Part shown: positions 1 through 12,070 of the stretch, in pieces
Layout: each line of letters starts with the position of its first letter
Numbering within the stretch: position 1 is the stretch's first letter
Assembly: GCA_013265495.1 (NCBI GenBank)
Contig: MU058039.1
Coordinates: 126,591 to 190,590 of the forward strand
From: Vicugna vicugna
Taxonomy: Eukaryota
DNA length: 64,000 nucleotides
Direction of reading: 5' to 3'
Notes under the pieces: model-generated
The model's database searches: none
The model's input: only the letters and a program-made list of their open reading frames with translations
What the model was told of the DNA's origin: nothing
Position numbers and translations under genes: made by a program

Positions 1-420
1 CAGGGCTAGGACCTGGCTTTCTCCATGGTACCTGCCCTCATGGCCCCAGTCCACCCTGGACTCTTCCTTTTCTAGACCCTTCCCTGAGGAAATCTCAAGT
101 TTATTCTAATTCATAGACTTGTGTGTGAACAGTACCGCTGGAACTGTGTAGCTTTTGGTGTACTTTGGTTGAAGTTTGAGTCTTCTCACCAAAGAAACTT
201 TTAAGGACTGAAGAGTTTTTTAAAATGTGCCTCACTTATCTTTTCCATCTTCTGTGTGATATAATACAACCAGATGCATGGATGCATGCCTAAGTTAGGA
301 CCCTCAGGACACTGGAACCTGCCAGAACCCCTTGCAGATGTCAGAATTTACTGGTACTTGCCAGCTGCATTACTCTGTGGGAATGGGTATGTCTGAGGGT
401 GACTGTGTTTGTTGTTTTAG

Positions 421-684
<264 letters not shown>

Positions 685-699
685 TAAAAATACCTGAGA

Positions 700-1150
700 T
701 GATGATTAGAAATGCCAGTTCCTGTCCAAATTAAAGGAGACTAAAGAGATAAGACAACTAAATGTGGCATGTTAGCCTAGATAAAAAATATTGAAGAAAA
801 GAGCACTAAAGGGGACATATTTGCAACAATTGGCATCGTTTGCAAATTAACTGTGGACTAGATAGTAATACTGTGTCCATGTTAAGTTTCCTGATTTTGA
901 TGACTGTACTGCGGTTACAGAAAAGAATGTCCCTGTTCTTAGGAAATGTACACTGAAGAATTCAGTCAGAGACCCACAGGCCTGTAACTTCCTCTCAGAT
1001 GGTTTAGAAAAGAATTGTGTGTGTGTGTGTGTGTGTATGGAGAGAGAGAGCGAACATAAAGTAAATGGACCAAATATTAACAACTGGTGAGTATGGATTA
1101 GGGTTCCTTGGGCCTTCTGTGTATTATTACTCTTGCCATTTTTCTCTAAA
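700..1150 (+). mobile_element. Old L1M (L1MC-like) 3' fragment containing a (TG)n/(AG)n microsatellite
   Basis: Recognised L1 3'UTR motifs (gttaagtttcctgattttgatgactgtact...cttaggaaatgtacactgaag). Confidence 0.6.
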
Positions 1151-1601
1151 ATAAAAGATTATCCAGAAAAACCTATATCCCTAGGTTCCATCACAAGGGC
1201 TACTGAGTCAGTGGATTTGGGATGGAGTCTGCATTTTTGACAAGTCTCTTCAAACCACACTTTGGGCAGTGCTCCTCCAGTGGACGCAGAATCATTACGG
1301 CCTGTTCAGCCCATGAGAGTTAGTACGGGTGTATATGACCAGCGGGCCTCTTCACCAAAGTCCCCAGAAACTCCTAGAACTTTTGCTTTTAGGAAAAATA
1401 TTTCTTTGTTCATTTGTCTCTGTGTGTGTGTGTGTGTGTGTATGTAAGTAAATGTGAATCGTGATATTCATGCGTAATGGTTTTATTCATCTTTCTCAGT
1501 CTTCCGAGGACCTTCATGAATACCAAGGGATACGATTTGCCTGGAGGGAGGGTCCTTGTCCACATCACAGTGCCCTAATCCACGTCTTTCCCCTCAAGCA
1601 G

Positions 1602-1691
1602 GACATCTGCTGTCCAAACCAGAAATGATTTCCCATTTTGAACAAGATGATGTGTGGTTGGAGTTAAAAATACCAAGAAGCTCCTATTCAG
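1602..1691 (+). CDS. KRAB-B-like exon of gene 1
   Basis: aagcag|GA...TCAG|gtgag; 90 nt, phase 1-1; (G)HLLSKPEMISHFEQDDVWLELKIPRSSYS. Confidence 0.85.
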
Positions 1692-2369
1692 GTGAGAACC
1701 AGTCAGCCAGGAGTAAATGGCATTGATAACCCTATGAATCCAGGAGGGCATGGGTAGCAATTTTAAAAATACATATTATTTTACTTTTTATGCTGACAAT
1801 GGAAAATGTTTAACTATTTATTTGACTGGGGTTAAATATCTTTTTTAATAAAAGCATTAAATTCCCAGGCTCCTCAAATGCACTTGAAATCAGCCTTACC
1901 ATCTTATTGGTTCTTCGATAAAGCTTTTGACAAATAGTCACTCCATATTTGTATGAAAGTCATGTTTTTAATTTTTTGATAATTTATGCTTTGACAGCCA
2001 TAACCCACTTGTAGCTCACAGAATTTGACTTGGTGTTTTTAGTAACATGTAGTTTCCTTGATGAAGGAAAAGGTCCCCAGTATCTTCCCCTTCCCCTTTC
2101 TTTTTTTTTTCTTCACTTTTCTTTGTTTTGGAGGGTTTTTTTTTAATTTTCTTTTTTATTTGTTTGTTTTTATTCTTTCTCATTTCTTCCCTTTCCCCTT
2201 GAAGCAAAAATGAAAAACAGTGTCAGGAGGACAGAGACCAGCAGCCCAACACTCTCCAGTCAGTGAAGTTTCTTTACCTTATCAGTACTGCCTGAGTGTG
2301 GCCAGAAGCACCGTGCAGTGTCAGGCAAAACCCCTGCTCACTTGCATCATCTAATTTTCTTTGTCCCAG

Positions 2370-3088
2370 GAGTCAGGGATGAGAATGATGGGATTCTCTC
2401 TTGGCGAGTATCTCCAGAAGAAAAACCCTGTAGCTGTCCCCAGAGTGGCCAAGACTTCAGCCGGCCCAGAAAGCTTGTAATTCACCAGCAAATGCAGAAG
2501 GGAAAGAAGCTCTCGCCATGTGACGGGTGTGGAGGAGCCTTCAGTGAAAGGACAACAGACCTTAACCTTCCTGTGCCCCTCCCATGGGAAAAGCTCCACC
2601 ACTGTGTGGAGTGGTCCAGAGTCTTCAACTCAGGATCTGCTCTGAGAAGGCACAAGAAGGACCACATGGGAAAGAAAGCTCACACGTGTGAGGAATGTGG
2701 GAAGGACTTCAGCCGCAGCTCTAACCTCTCCATCCACCGGCAGGTACACACGGGTGAGAAGCCCTACAGCTGTGGTGTGTGCGGGAGGGACTTCAGCTGC
2801 AGCTCCAACCTCTCTATCCACCAGCGCATCCACACAGGGGAGAAACCCTTCAGGTGCCGTGACTGTGGCAAAGACTTCAGCCGCAGGGCAGCCCTGCAGA
2901 TCCACCAGAGGGTCCACACGGGAGAGCGACCCTACTTGTGTGCTGTTTGTGGGAGGAACTTCAGACATTGCTCGGCCCTCAAGAGGCACCAGAGGGTGCA
3001 CACAGGGGAGAAGCCCTGTCTCTGTGCTGTGTGGGAAGGGCTTCAGTCAGAGAGTCCACCTGCAGACGCACCAGAAAATGCACTGTAG
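2370..3088 (+). CDS. C2H2 zinc-finger exon of gene 1: 3 degenerate and 4 intact fingers; 5th finger frameshifted (corrected stop would be 3138-3140)
   Basis: Acceptor ttgtcccag at 2369 joins KRAB-B in frame with ORF 2318..3088; HTGEKP/HTGERP linkers; CGKGFSQRVHLQTHQKMH continues in another frame (ORF 2688..3140). May be a pseudogene. Confidence 0.8.
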
Positions 3089-3239
3089 GGAGATGCGTCC
3101 AGGATTGCGCTCCGCGCATGCAGGTGCCTTCCAGAGCTGAGGGGAATGCCAGGGCGTGGGAGCAGAGGTGCATGGCATGGATCAGGCTTAATGGTCCATG
3201 GTGCTTTTTAGTGTGTACCCAGAAAGGAACAGAGATTAC

Positions 3240-6200
3240 GTGTGCCAGTTGATAAATTTTCACATAGTGAACACTCCTGTGTCCAGCACTTGGCTGGAGA
3301 AATGGAACATTCCCAGCCCTCCCAGAAGACCCCTACTAGTTGCCTCTTTCCATTCACGACCCCACAGAGGGAATCACCGTCCTGACTTGTAAAACCACAG
3401 ATTAGTTTTGCAAGTTCTAGAATATCATATAAGTGGAATTACATAGTATATAATCTTTCGTGTAGGAAGATTTATTCACTTAACATCTGCAAGAATCATT
3501 CATGTCGTTGCACGTATTTAGAAGTTTAATTTTATTATGTAGTAGTGTTCCACTGTATGAATGAACCACAGTTTGTCCATTCATCTGTTGATGCACATTT
3601 ACATTTGGGTTATTTCCAGGTTTTGGTTGTTGTAAATAAAGTTGCTGTGAATATTTGGTACACATCTTTGTGTACCAAATATTCTTTAGTTTCTCTTGGG
3701 TATATACTTAGGAGTAGAGTTGATGAGTATACCAAAACTTTTAAAAACAGCTTATTAAAATCCAAAAATACATGATTAATTTTCACTACATATCAATATA
3801 TATTATGTCATCAATAGTAATACTTTGTACATTGGATTTTTACTTATACTTGGAAATTTTCAAACAAACGTAGACATGGAACAGTATATCAAACACTCAT
3901 ATCCCCATCACCTAGCTTCAATAATAAATTCATGATAAATTCTGTTTTCCCTGTTCCGCCTTCCCTCACACACAATTCTGAAGGAAGTTAAAGCAAATCA
4001 TAGACTAGGATATTGTGCCATCTGTAAATACTTTAGTGTAGATCTTAAAAAAAAGATATTAAAAATTTTCTTTCATAGAATCACTCTTTTGCTTTAAAAT
4101 TTTTTATATTGAAGTGAAATTTAGATAACATAAAATTCACTGTTTTAAACATTTCAGAATGTACAATTTAGTAGTTTTTAGTACATTCACAACATTTTGC
4201 AACCATCACCACTGTCTAATTCCGGAGGGTTTTCATCAGGCCAAAAAGATCCTCCATTACTATTTATCACTCTTCATTCTCTCCTTCCCCCAGCCTCTGG
4301 CAACCACCAATATACTTTCTGTCTGTATAGATTTACCTATTCTGGACATTTTGTATTTATGGAATCAGACAATATACAGCCTTTTATATCTGGCTTCTTT
4401 GACTTAGCATAATGTTTTCAAGGTTCATCTTTGTTCACATATCAGTACTTCATTGCTTTTTTATGGCTGAACAGCATTTCATTGTATGGATATACAGCAT
4501 TTCAGAATCAATTCTTTAGCTGATGGACATTTGGGTTTTACTTTGTGGCTTTTTTGAATAATACTACTATGAACATTCACGTACAAGTTTTTCATTGAGC
4601 ATATGCTTTTTAATTCTCTCGGGTATTTATGGATAGGAGTTGGGAGAGTGGGTCATATGGTAATTCTGTTTAACTGCTTGAGGAACTGCCAATTGTTTTC
4701 CATAGTAGTTGTACCATTTTGCTTTTGCCACCAGCAGTGTATGAGAGTTCCAGTTTCTCTACATCCTCACCAACACTTGTCATTTCCCATTTGTCTGCTT
4801 TGCTTTTAATCATAGCCGTGCTAGTGACTGTGAAGTGGTGTCTTATTGTGGTTTTGATTTATTACATTTTCCTAATTACTGATGATTTGAATTTCTTTTT
4901 ATGCATTTATTGGCCATTTGTATATTTTCTTCAGAGAAATGTCTATTTAAGTCACCTGGGACTGTCCTGACATTTCTTCTCCTTTTCTTGAAGGATAGTT
5001 TTACAGGATATAGAATCTTGGTTATGATCTTATAATCCTTTTTATTTCTGTAAGGTCAGTAGTAATGTCCCCACTTTCATTCATAATATTAGTAACTTGA
5101 GTCTTCTTTTTTCCTTAGTCTATTTAAAGGTTTATCAATTTTGTTGATCTTTTCAAGGAACTAACATTTGGTTCTGTTGATTCTCTATTATTTTTCTTTT
5201 CTCTATTTTGTTTGTATCCTTTCTAATATTTATCATTGCCTTCCTTCTGCTTACTTTATGTTTATTTGGTATTTTTTCTAGTTCCTTAAGGTGGAAGTTT
5301 AGGTTATTGATTTGAGATCTTTTTAGGGTAGCATTTTACAGCTATAGATTTCCCTCTGAGTACTGCATTAGCTACAGCCCATACCTTTTGTTGTGTTTTG
5401 TTGTTGTTGTTGTTAATTGAAGTATAGTCAGTTTACAATGTTGTGTTAATTTCTGGTATACAGTATAGTGATTCATTTATACATATATATAAATATATAT
5501 ACTCCTTTTCATGTTCTTTTTCATTATAGGCCATTACAAGGTATTATAGTTCCCTGTGCTATACAGTAGGACCTTGTTGTTTATCTATTCTGTGTATAGT
5601 AGTATCTGCTGTTGTGTTGTGTTTTTATTTTCATTCATCTCAAAGTATTTTCTAAATTCTATCATGATTTTTTTCTTTGATCCCCTGGTTGTTTGAGAGA
5701 GTGGATTTAATTGCCATTTAGATATGAATTTTCAAATTTCCTTCTGCTATTAATTTTTAATTTCATTCCATTTTGGTCAAAGAAAATACTTCGTATGGTT
5801 TCAGAGTTTATATATTTATTGAGACTAGTTTTGTGGCCTAATATATGGTCCACCCTGATGAATATTCCACATATACTTGACAAGAGGGTTTATTCTAATG
5901 TTGTTGGGTGGAGTGTTTTATATATGTCTGTTTGGTCTAGTTGTAGTTGTTTTTTGATTCATATAGAATCAAGATGAGTTATAGACCAAAATTATACTAA
6001 TACTGTTGTTTATATTTACCTGTGTAGTCACCTTTATTGGTATTCTTTATCTCTTCATGTGGATTTGAGTTGTCTAGTGCCATTTTCATTTCAGCCTGAA
6101 GGGCTTTCTTTAGCACTTTCTAAAGGGCATGTCAATACTGATGAATTTTCTCAATTTTAATTCATCTGGGACTATCATGACAATTTCTCTTCCTTTTTTT

Positions 6201-7330
6201 GATTTTTTTTTTTTTATATTTTACCAAATATAGAAATCTTGGTTGACAGTTTTGGTTTTTCTTTTTCAGCACTTTGAATTGTCATCCCACTCTTTCTGGC
6301 CTTCATGGTTTCTAATGAGAAATCAGCTGTTAATCTTGTTAATATTCTTTGTACATTTTGCCACTTTAAATATTTGATCTTTGGCTTTTGGCAGTATGAT
6401 TATAATGTTTCTGTGTGTGACTCTCTTTCAGTTTATCCTACTTGGGAGTTTCTTGAGATTCCTAGATGTGTAGATCATTATTTTCAAATATTCTTTCTTC
6501 CCCTCCCCTTATCCAGTTTGGAATTATCATTTTGAGGATGTTTGAATGCTTGAAAGTGCCCCACAGACCTCAGGCTCTATTCATTTTTCTTTTTTTGTCT
6601 TTTTGCTCCTCAGACTAGATAATTTCATTTGACTTATCTTCAAGTTTGCCAGTTGTTTTTTTCTGCCTGTTCAACTCTACTATTGACTCTTCTAGTGAAT
6701 TTTTCATTTCAATTATTTTATTTTTCTGCTCTAAATTCTCAGTTTGGCTCCTTTATATAAATTTTTTTTCTTTATTGATATTTTCTTTTTGGTGAGACAT
6801 TGTTCTCATGGTTTCCTTTAGCTCTTTGAACATATATATAAGTAATTCATTTCAGGTCTTTGTGTGTTAGATCTAATGTCTGAGCTTCCTCAGGGACAGT
6901 TTCTGTTTCTTTTCCCTGTGTATGAACTATACTATTTTTTGCATGCTTTGTAATTTTTTGTTGAAAACCAGATATCTTGAATATAATAATGTGGCAAGTC
7001 TGAAAATCACGTTTGCCCCTTTCCCCAGGTTTATTTTTGGTTCTTGTTACAGTTGATATGACTAGTTTGTTTAGTGACTTAACTGATTTTATAGAATCAA
7101 GTATATTGTTTTTCATTTTCAAATATCTGTTCCATTGTCTTGTGTTGAGCTAGCGATTTGACCAAGATTTTTTTTGCCTGGAACCAAAAATAATCCCCCA
7201 GTCTTTGCTGATGTACTTTATCTCTGTTTGGCAACCTTCAGCACTTAGTTAGGCAAGTTGCAACTGTGTCTTGGCCTTCACTTCCTCCTTGTACAGAGCC
7301 TGAAGATCAGCCAGAAGTGAAAGTTTAGGA
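3240..7330 (-). mobile_element. Cluster of antisense L1 fragments (3' ends, ORF2 and ORF1 remnants), with a younger L1 3' tip nested at about 5410-5610
   Basis: T-rich strand with typical antisense L1 motifs; minus-strand ORF 6847..7122 (KISGFQQKITKHAK...EEAQTLDL) resembles an L1M ORF1 N-terminus. Confidence 0.8.
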
Positions 7331-8134
7331 CTTTATTTATTAAAAACTCATAAAGGTATCAATAAAAGGCTATTTATTGAAATACTAGTTTTGGTGATAA
7401 AAAAGTACTTTGACATCTTAAATTATATATAATTTATATGATACATATATATAGGGATATGTGTGTGTGCATGTGTATATATATATAATCATATTATCCT
7501 GTCATTATATCCTATCATATAATGGAGGATACTTTAACTCTTACAAGAAATGAGTTTGCTCTTTATCTACTGTCCTGATGTGATTCATGGTAAATTGTTA
7601 TATGAAAAAGTAAAATGGTTTATAATAAAATAATGAAAACAAGAAACCTGATATATACTTTTGTATGTTTGCAAATACTGACATGAATCCTGGAGAACAT
7701 TGTGGAAAGATGTTCATTATCTTGTTAACATTGGAACTGGGTCAGTGGGTGGGATTGGAGGGGGAATACTGATTTCTCTGTATAGAATTAAATAGATGAA
7801 GGAAGAGAACTGATTTTAAAATGCCTGAAGGGATTGGAAAAAAGAAGGAAAAACAAAAAGAATCCAAAATATATCATAGTGACAATGCTTGTGGACTTAG
7901 AAGCCAGACCTTGTGGGTACAAAACCTTGCTTTCCACTTGCTTTGTTATGTTGATAAAGCCTTCTAGTGCCTATTCTGGTTTTAATTTCCACATGAAAAA
8001 TATGAATTATTGTACTTACATCTTTTTTCAGGGTGAAATGGTAAACTCCATTGTTACAATCAGTGTAAAATACTGCACATAGGCCTGGCACATAATTGTT
8101 CAAATCATTTTTACTATTATTTTTATTTAAAACA

Positions 8135-9101
8135 ATTTTTTATTGAAGTACAGTCAATTACAATTTGTCAGTCTCTGGTGTACAGCACAGTGTCCTAGTC
8201 ATGCATACACATACATATGTTCATTTTCATATTTTTCCATTAGAAGTTATTACAAGATATTGAACATTGTTCCCTGTGCTATACAAAATAAACTTTTAAA
8301 AACAAAATTTTATATATAGTGGCTAACATTTGTAAATCTCAAACTCCCCAACTCCCCTCCCACCCCCTTTCCCTGGTAACTGTAAGATTGTTTACTAAGT
8401 CTGTGAGTCTGTTTCTGTTTTGTACATGAGTTCATAGTGTCTGTTTTTTTTTTTGAATTACATTTATGAGTGATATATCATATGGTATTTTTATTTCTCT
8501 TTCTGGCTTACTTCACTTAGAATGATCTCTAGGTCCATCCATGGTGCTGCTGCAAATGGCATTATTTTATTCTTTTTTACGGCAGAGTAGTATTCCACTC
8601 CACTATAAATATACTACAGCTTCTTTATCCAGTTGTCTGTCAGTGGACATTTAGGTTGCTTCCATGTCTTGGCTATTGTATATAATGCTGCTATAAACAT
8701 TGGGATGCATGTATCTTTTTGCATTAGAGTTCCCTCCTGATATACACCCAGAAGTGGGATTGCAGTTACTTAATAACAACAAAAAAAATCCAATCCAAAA
8801 ATGGGCAGAAGATTTTAACAAGCATTTCTCCAATGAAGACATACAATTGGCCAATACACTTGAAAAAATGCCCAATATCACTAATTATCAGAGAAATGCA
8901 AATCAAAACTACAATGAGGTATCACCTCACACAAGTCAGAATGGCCATCGTTCAAAAGTCTATGAAGGATAAATGCTGGACAGGGTGTGGAGAAAAGGGA
9001 ACCCTCCTACACTGCTGGTGGGAATGTAGTTTGGTGCAGCCATTATGGAAAACAGTATGGAGAGTCCTCAAAAAACCAACAATAGACTTACCGTATGATC
9101 C
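8135..9101 (-). mobile_element. 5'-truncated L1 with 5' inversion
   Basis: 8135-8765 is an antisense L1 3' end; 8770-9101 is sense ORF2 C-terminus ([12 protein letters not shown]...HCWWEC...LWKTVW...LPYDP). Confidence 0.9.
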
Positions 9102-9359
9102 TACTATGACTACTATTGTTGACTCAGTAGAAGGATGTGTTGAGTAGTTGGATGGAAAGACAAAGACTCTTAAGATAGGAAAATAAATTCAAAGAAATTT
9201 TCAGCTATGTGCTGTGCAACCTGCCCCTGGGTTTGGTTTTGCAAAGGGGCCCTTCACTGAAAGCATCTGTTTGATTTCTTGCATTAATGTTTCCCCTGTC
9301 CACTTCATTTTATTATGATTTATTAGCCCATTAATAATGAGACCTGCTATGGGCAAAGT

Positions 9360-10080
9360 CGGGTCTCGTAGCACCCAGACAAGGCTGGGGAGTCTCCAGC
9401 ACCGGGTGCAAATCTTGGAGAAAGCAGCCAACAACGTGAGGGTTGACTGTGAAGTCCGGGTGGGCTGCCCACTGCAGGAATCCTGGGGCTGAGACCGGCA
9501 AGAAACCTTTTGGTAAAGTTTGTAGGGGTGTCCGCCCCAGACTTTTCTCATTGCCCAACGGGAGGCGGAAACTTCCCCTCCCTTGCACATCCATTGGCTA
9601 ATAGCTCAGTCTGTATTTGGAGATGCGGGCATTCTTTCCTTCCGCCTCCCCGTTGCCTGGAAACGGAGTCCAGTCTATTAACATTTGATTGTTTCCCGTT
9701 GGCCATGGTTTCCAGAAGCTCGCCCGCATTCGGAGCCACCGGCAAGCGCGGGGCCAGCAGACGTAGCCCTGGCAGGCCGTGCTGAACCTGGTTCCGAAGC
9801 CGTGGGTTGTCCTGGCAAGGCCGCGGGACTGGGGACGCTGGGGGACTGCGCGGCGGGAAGTCCTCCGGGTTGGTTGCGCGCTTGGGAGGTCGGCTCTCAC
9901 GGCGGGAACCGGGACTCGGGCTCGGAACCCGAGGGGTAAACTCCAAGCTGCGGCCTGGCCTTTCCTCTTTCCAGCAGTCCTTGGTGGGCCGCCCAGCCCC
10001 TTGGGCTGATTCTCAGGGCTTCCCAGCCTCCGACTCGCAGGGTCTCGGGATTAAAGGTAAAAACGGGGATTTTTCAGGCC
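9360..10080. promoter_or_regulatory. CpG island / putative promoter
   Basis: High GC and CpG density; GC box, ATTGG, ETS-like CGGAA; X-box GTTGCCTGGAAAC at 9652-9664. Confidence 0.7.
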
Positions 10081-10242
10081 ACTCCAGTAAAACACCCTTT
10101 TATTTTTTGGTGAGGTTTGCTTTTTGGGTTTTTTGTTTGTTTGTTTGTTTGAGAACGCCCTCCTGGAGGAGATGGCCGAGGGGTTTAGATTTATTAAATA
10201 AGTTCCTGGTTTAGAGTGTGTTAATAGTGTAGCGCCCCAACC

Positions 10243-10375
10243 TTTTGGGGGGAGGGGGGCGGGGAGGTAATTAGATTTATTTATTTATTTATTCTTAACA
10301 GAGGTACTGGGGGTTGAACCCAAGACATAATGCATGCTAAGCAAGCTCTCTACCACTGAGCTATATTCTCCCCCC
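10243..10375 (-). mobile_element. tRNA-derived SINE (camelid vic-1-like)
   Basis: Reverse strand has A-box TAGCTCAGTGG, B-box GGTTCAACCC and a (TAAA)n tail; ccccaacc on both flanks. Confidence 0.85.
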
Positions 10376-11549
10376 AACCCCGACCTTTTAAAAATCCTAT
10401 TCTTGCTAGCTGTATTATTTAGTGGAATGTCTTGTGATGAAGGCAGCCAGTTACAGTGACTTTGGGATTTTTCTTGTTAATAAAACAAAATTTTAGTTTT
10501 GGTTGTCCTAACAACTTCTCCAGCTTCATAAAATCTTATTTTGAGAAATTGCTGTGAAAGTCACAGCAGCTTACTTTGGAATTTTTTTCTTTTAAAGTAA
10601 AATAAGTTCCTGGTTTTGAAATCTTGGTATTAGTAATGATTCCCAGTTCCTTTAAATTCTTATTTTTGGGGAGATGAATAGGGAATGGCTTTTGTGAAAG
10701 GGAACAGACAGTTAAGGTTTGGGGATTTTGGTTTTGTTTAAAAAATGTACCACTGGTTTTGACTCTTTTAATAATGGTTATAACACCACCTTCACAGCTC
10801 CTTTAAAATGTTCCTAGGTAGATCTCATTTTCGTAAGATTTATTTCATAGGTTTGGATGAGAGACCTCATGCGAGCTTTAGATCCCTGTCTTCATGAAGA
10901 CTGGATATTTGGGGTTTTATAAAGCAGCCCTCACACTCTTCATAGGCCTTGTCCTTAATTCTCAACATCCCTCTGCCCCTGAAATTGTCCTGAAAATTAA
11001 ACTAAGTTTTTGTCATTACATGAGAGCTGCAGAAGTATCCAGTACTAGCCACTGTCTCCCCCTGATATATCTCCACATCTTTGTACTGAATCCATTCCTC
11101 AAATGGGTGTCCCTTTTCTTGGATGCCTGGAAATCATGATTGGATTTCTCTCTGACCTTCCTACTGAGTTCATCCTTTTCTCTCCTCTCTTTTCTTGTCC
11201 AAACTTAAGTTAGTGACCCTCAGCCCCTTTATGACAAGCCTTTTGATGCCTTTGGCTCCATCTGACTCACTCAGGAGTTCTTCCTCCCAGTTCCATGAGC
11301 CAGGTTTTAGAGGACCATGAGAAAGTCTTGTCTAAATTTTCATCTTCCTCTAATTGAAATGGAGTATTTCTTTCCAACCTGAATGTAGGCCCCCTGGGTA
11401 TGGAGCTTTGTGGAGACATCACAGCAGCTTTTATGTCATAATACAGCATCTCCAAGTAGTCTTAGGGTTATCAAAGCTTCCTGATGATGGTTCCCAATGA
11501 CAGCCTGCCACTCAGTGTTGTTACAAATGTGTTAAAGTGGCTGGGCCAG

Positions 11550-12070
11550 GGACTGTGCTGCGTAAGATATTACACCCAAGTTTAGTGGCCTAAGCAATTT
11601 ATTATGCTCATGGATTCTGTAGGGATCAAGAATTGAGACAGGACCCAAGTGTGACCAGCTTGTCTCTGTTCCACAATGTCTGTGGCCTTACCAGGGAAGA
11701 CTCAACTGCTAGAGGCTAGAACCATCTGAAGGTTCATTCTCTCATGTCTAGTGCCAGGGCTGGATGTTTGGAAGCCTGGGCTCAGCTGGGACTGTCCTTT
11801 GAAGTGCCTAGACGTGACTTCTCCATATGGCCTTGGCTCCCTCAGAGCCTGGCAGTCTCAAGGTAGCCAGACTTATCACATAGCACGAGACTCCAAAGGC
11901 GAGTGTTGTAGTGATCAGAGTGGAAGCTGCATGGTCTTTTGCGATAGCCTTGTAAGTTACATAGAATCACTTCTGTACTCTGTGGGTTACAAACAACAGA
12001 TCTACTCAGAGTCAAGGAGACAGATAGAAGGAGTGTCAAGCGATGTGCAACCATTTAAAAAATAACTGCT
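11550..12070. mobile_element. MaLR (MLT1-type) solo LTR
   Basis: Recognised MLT1 motifs (tttattatgctcatggattctgt, gctagaaccatctgaagg, ggaagctgcatggtcttt). Confidence 0.7.

Noticed and set aside
9201..10214. Overlapping 76-135 aa ORFs in the CpG island (similarly 15743-16754, 39556-40112 and 48604-49181)
   Set aside because: Expected from stop-codon scarcity in GC-rich DNA; Pro/Arg/Gly-rich with no recognisable domain
10305..10373. tRNA-like sequences (also near 13915, 41225 and 59330)
   Set aside because: Diverged from each other, with AT-rich tails and flanking direct repeats, so they are SINE heads rather than tRNA genes
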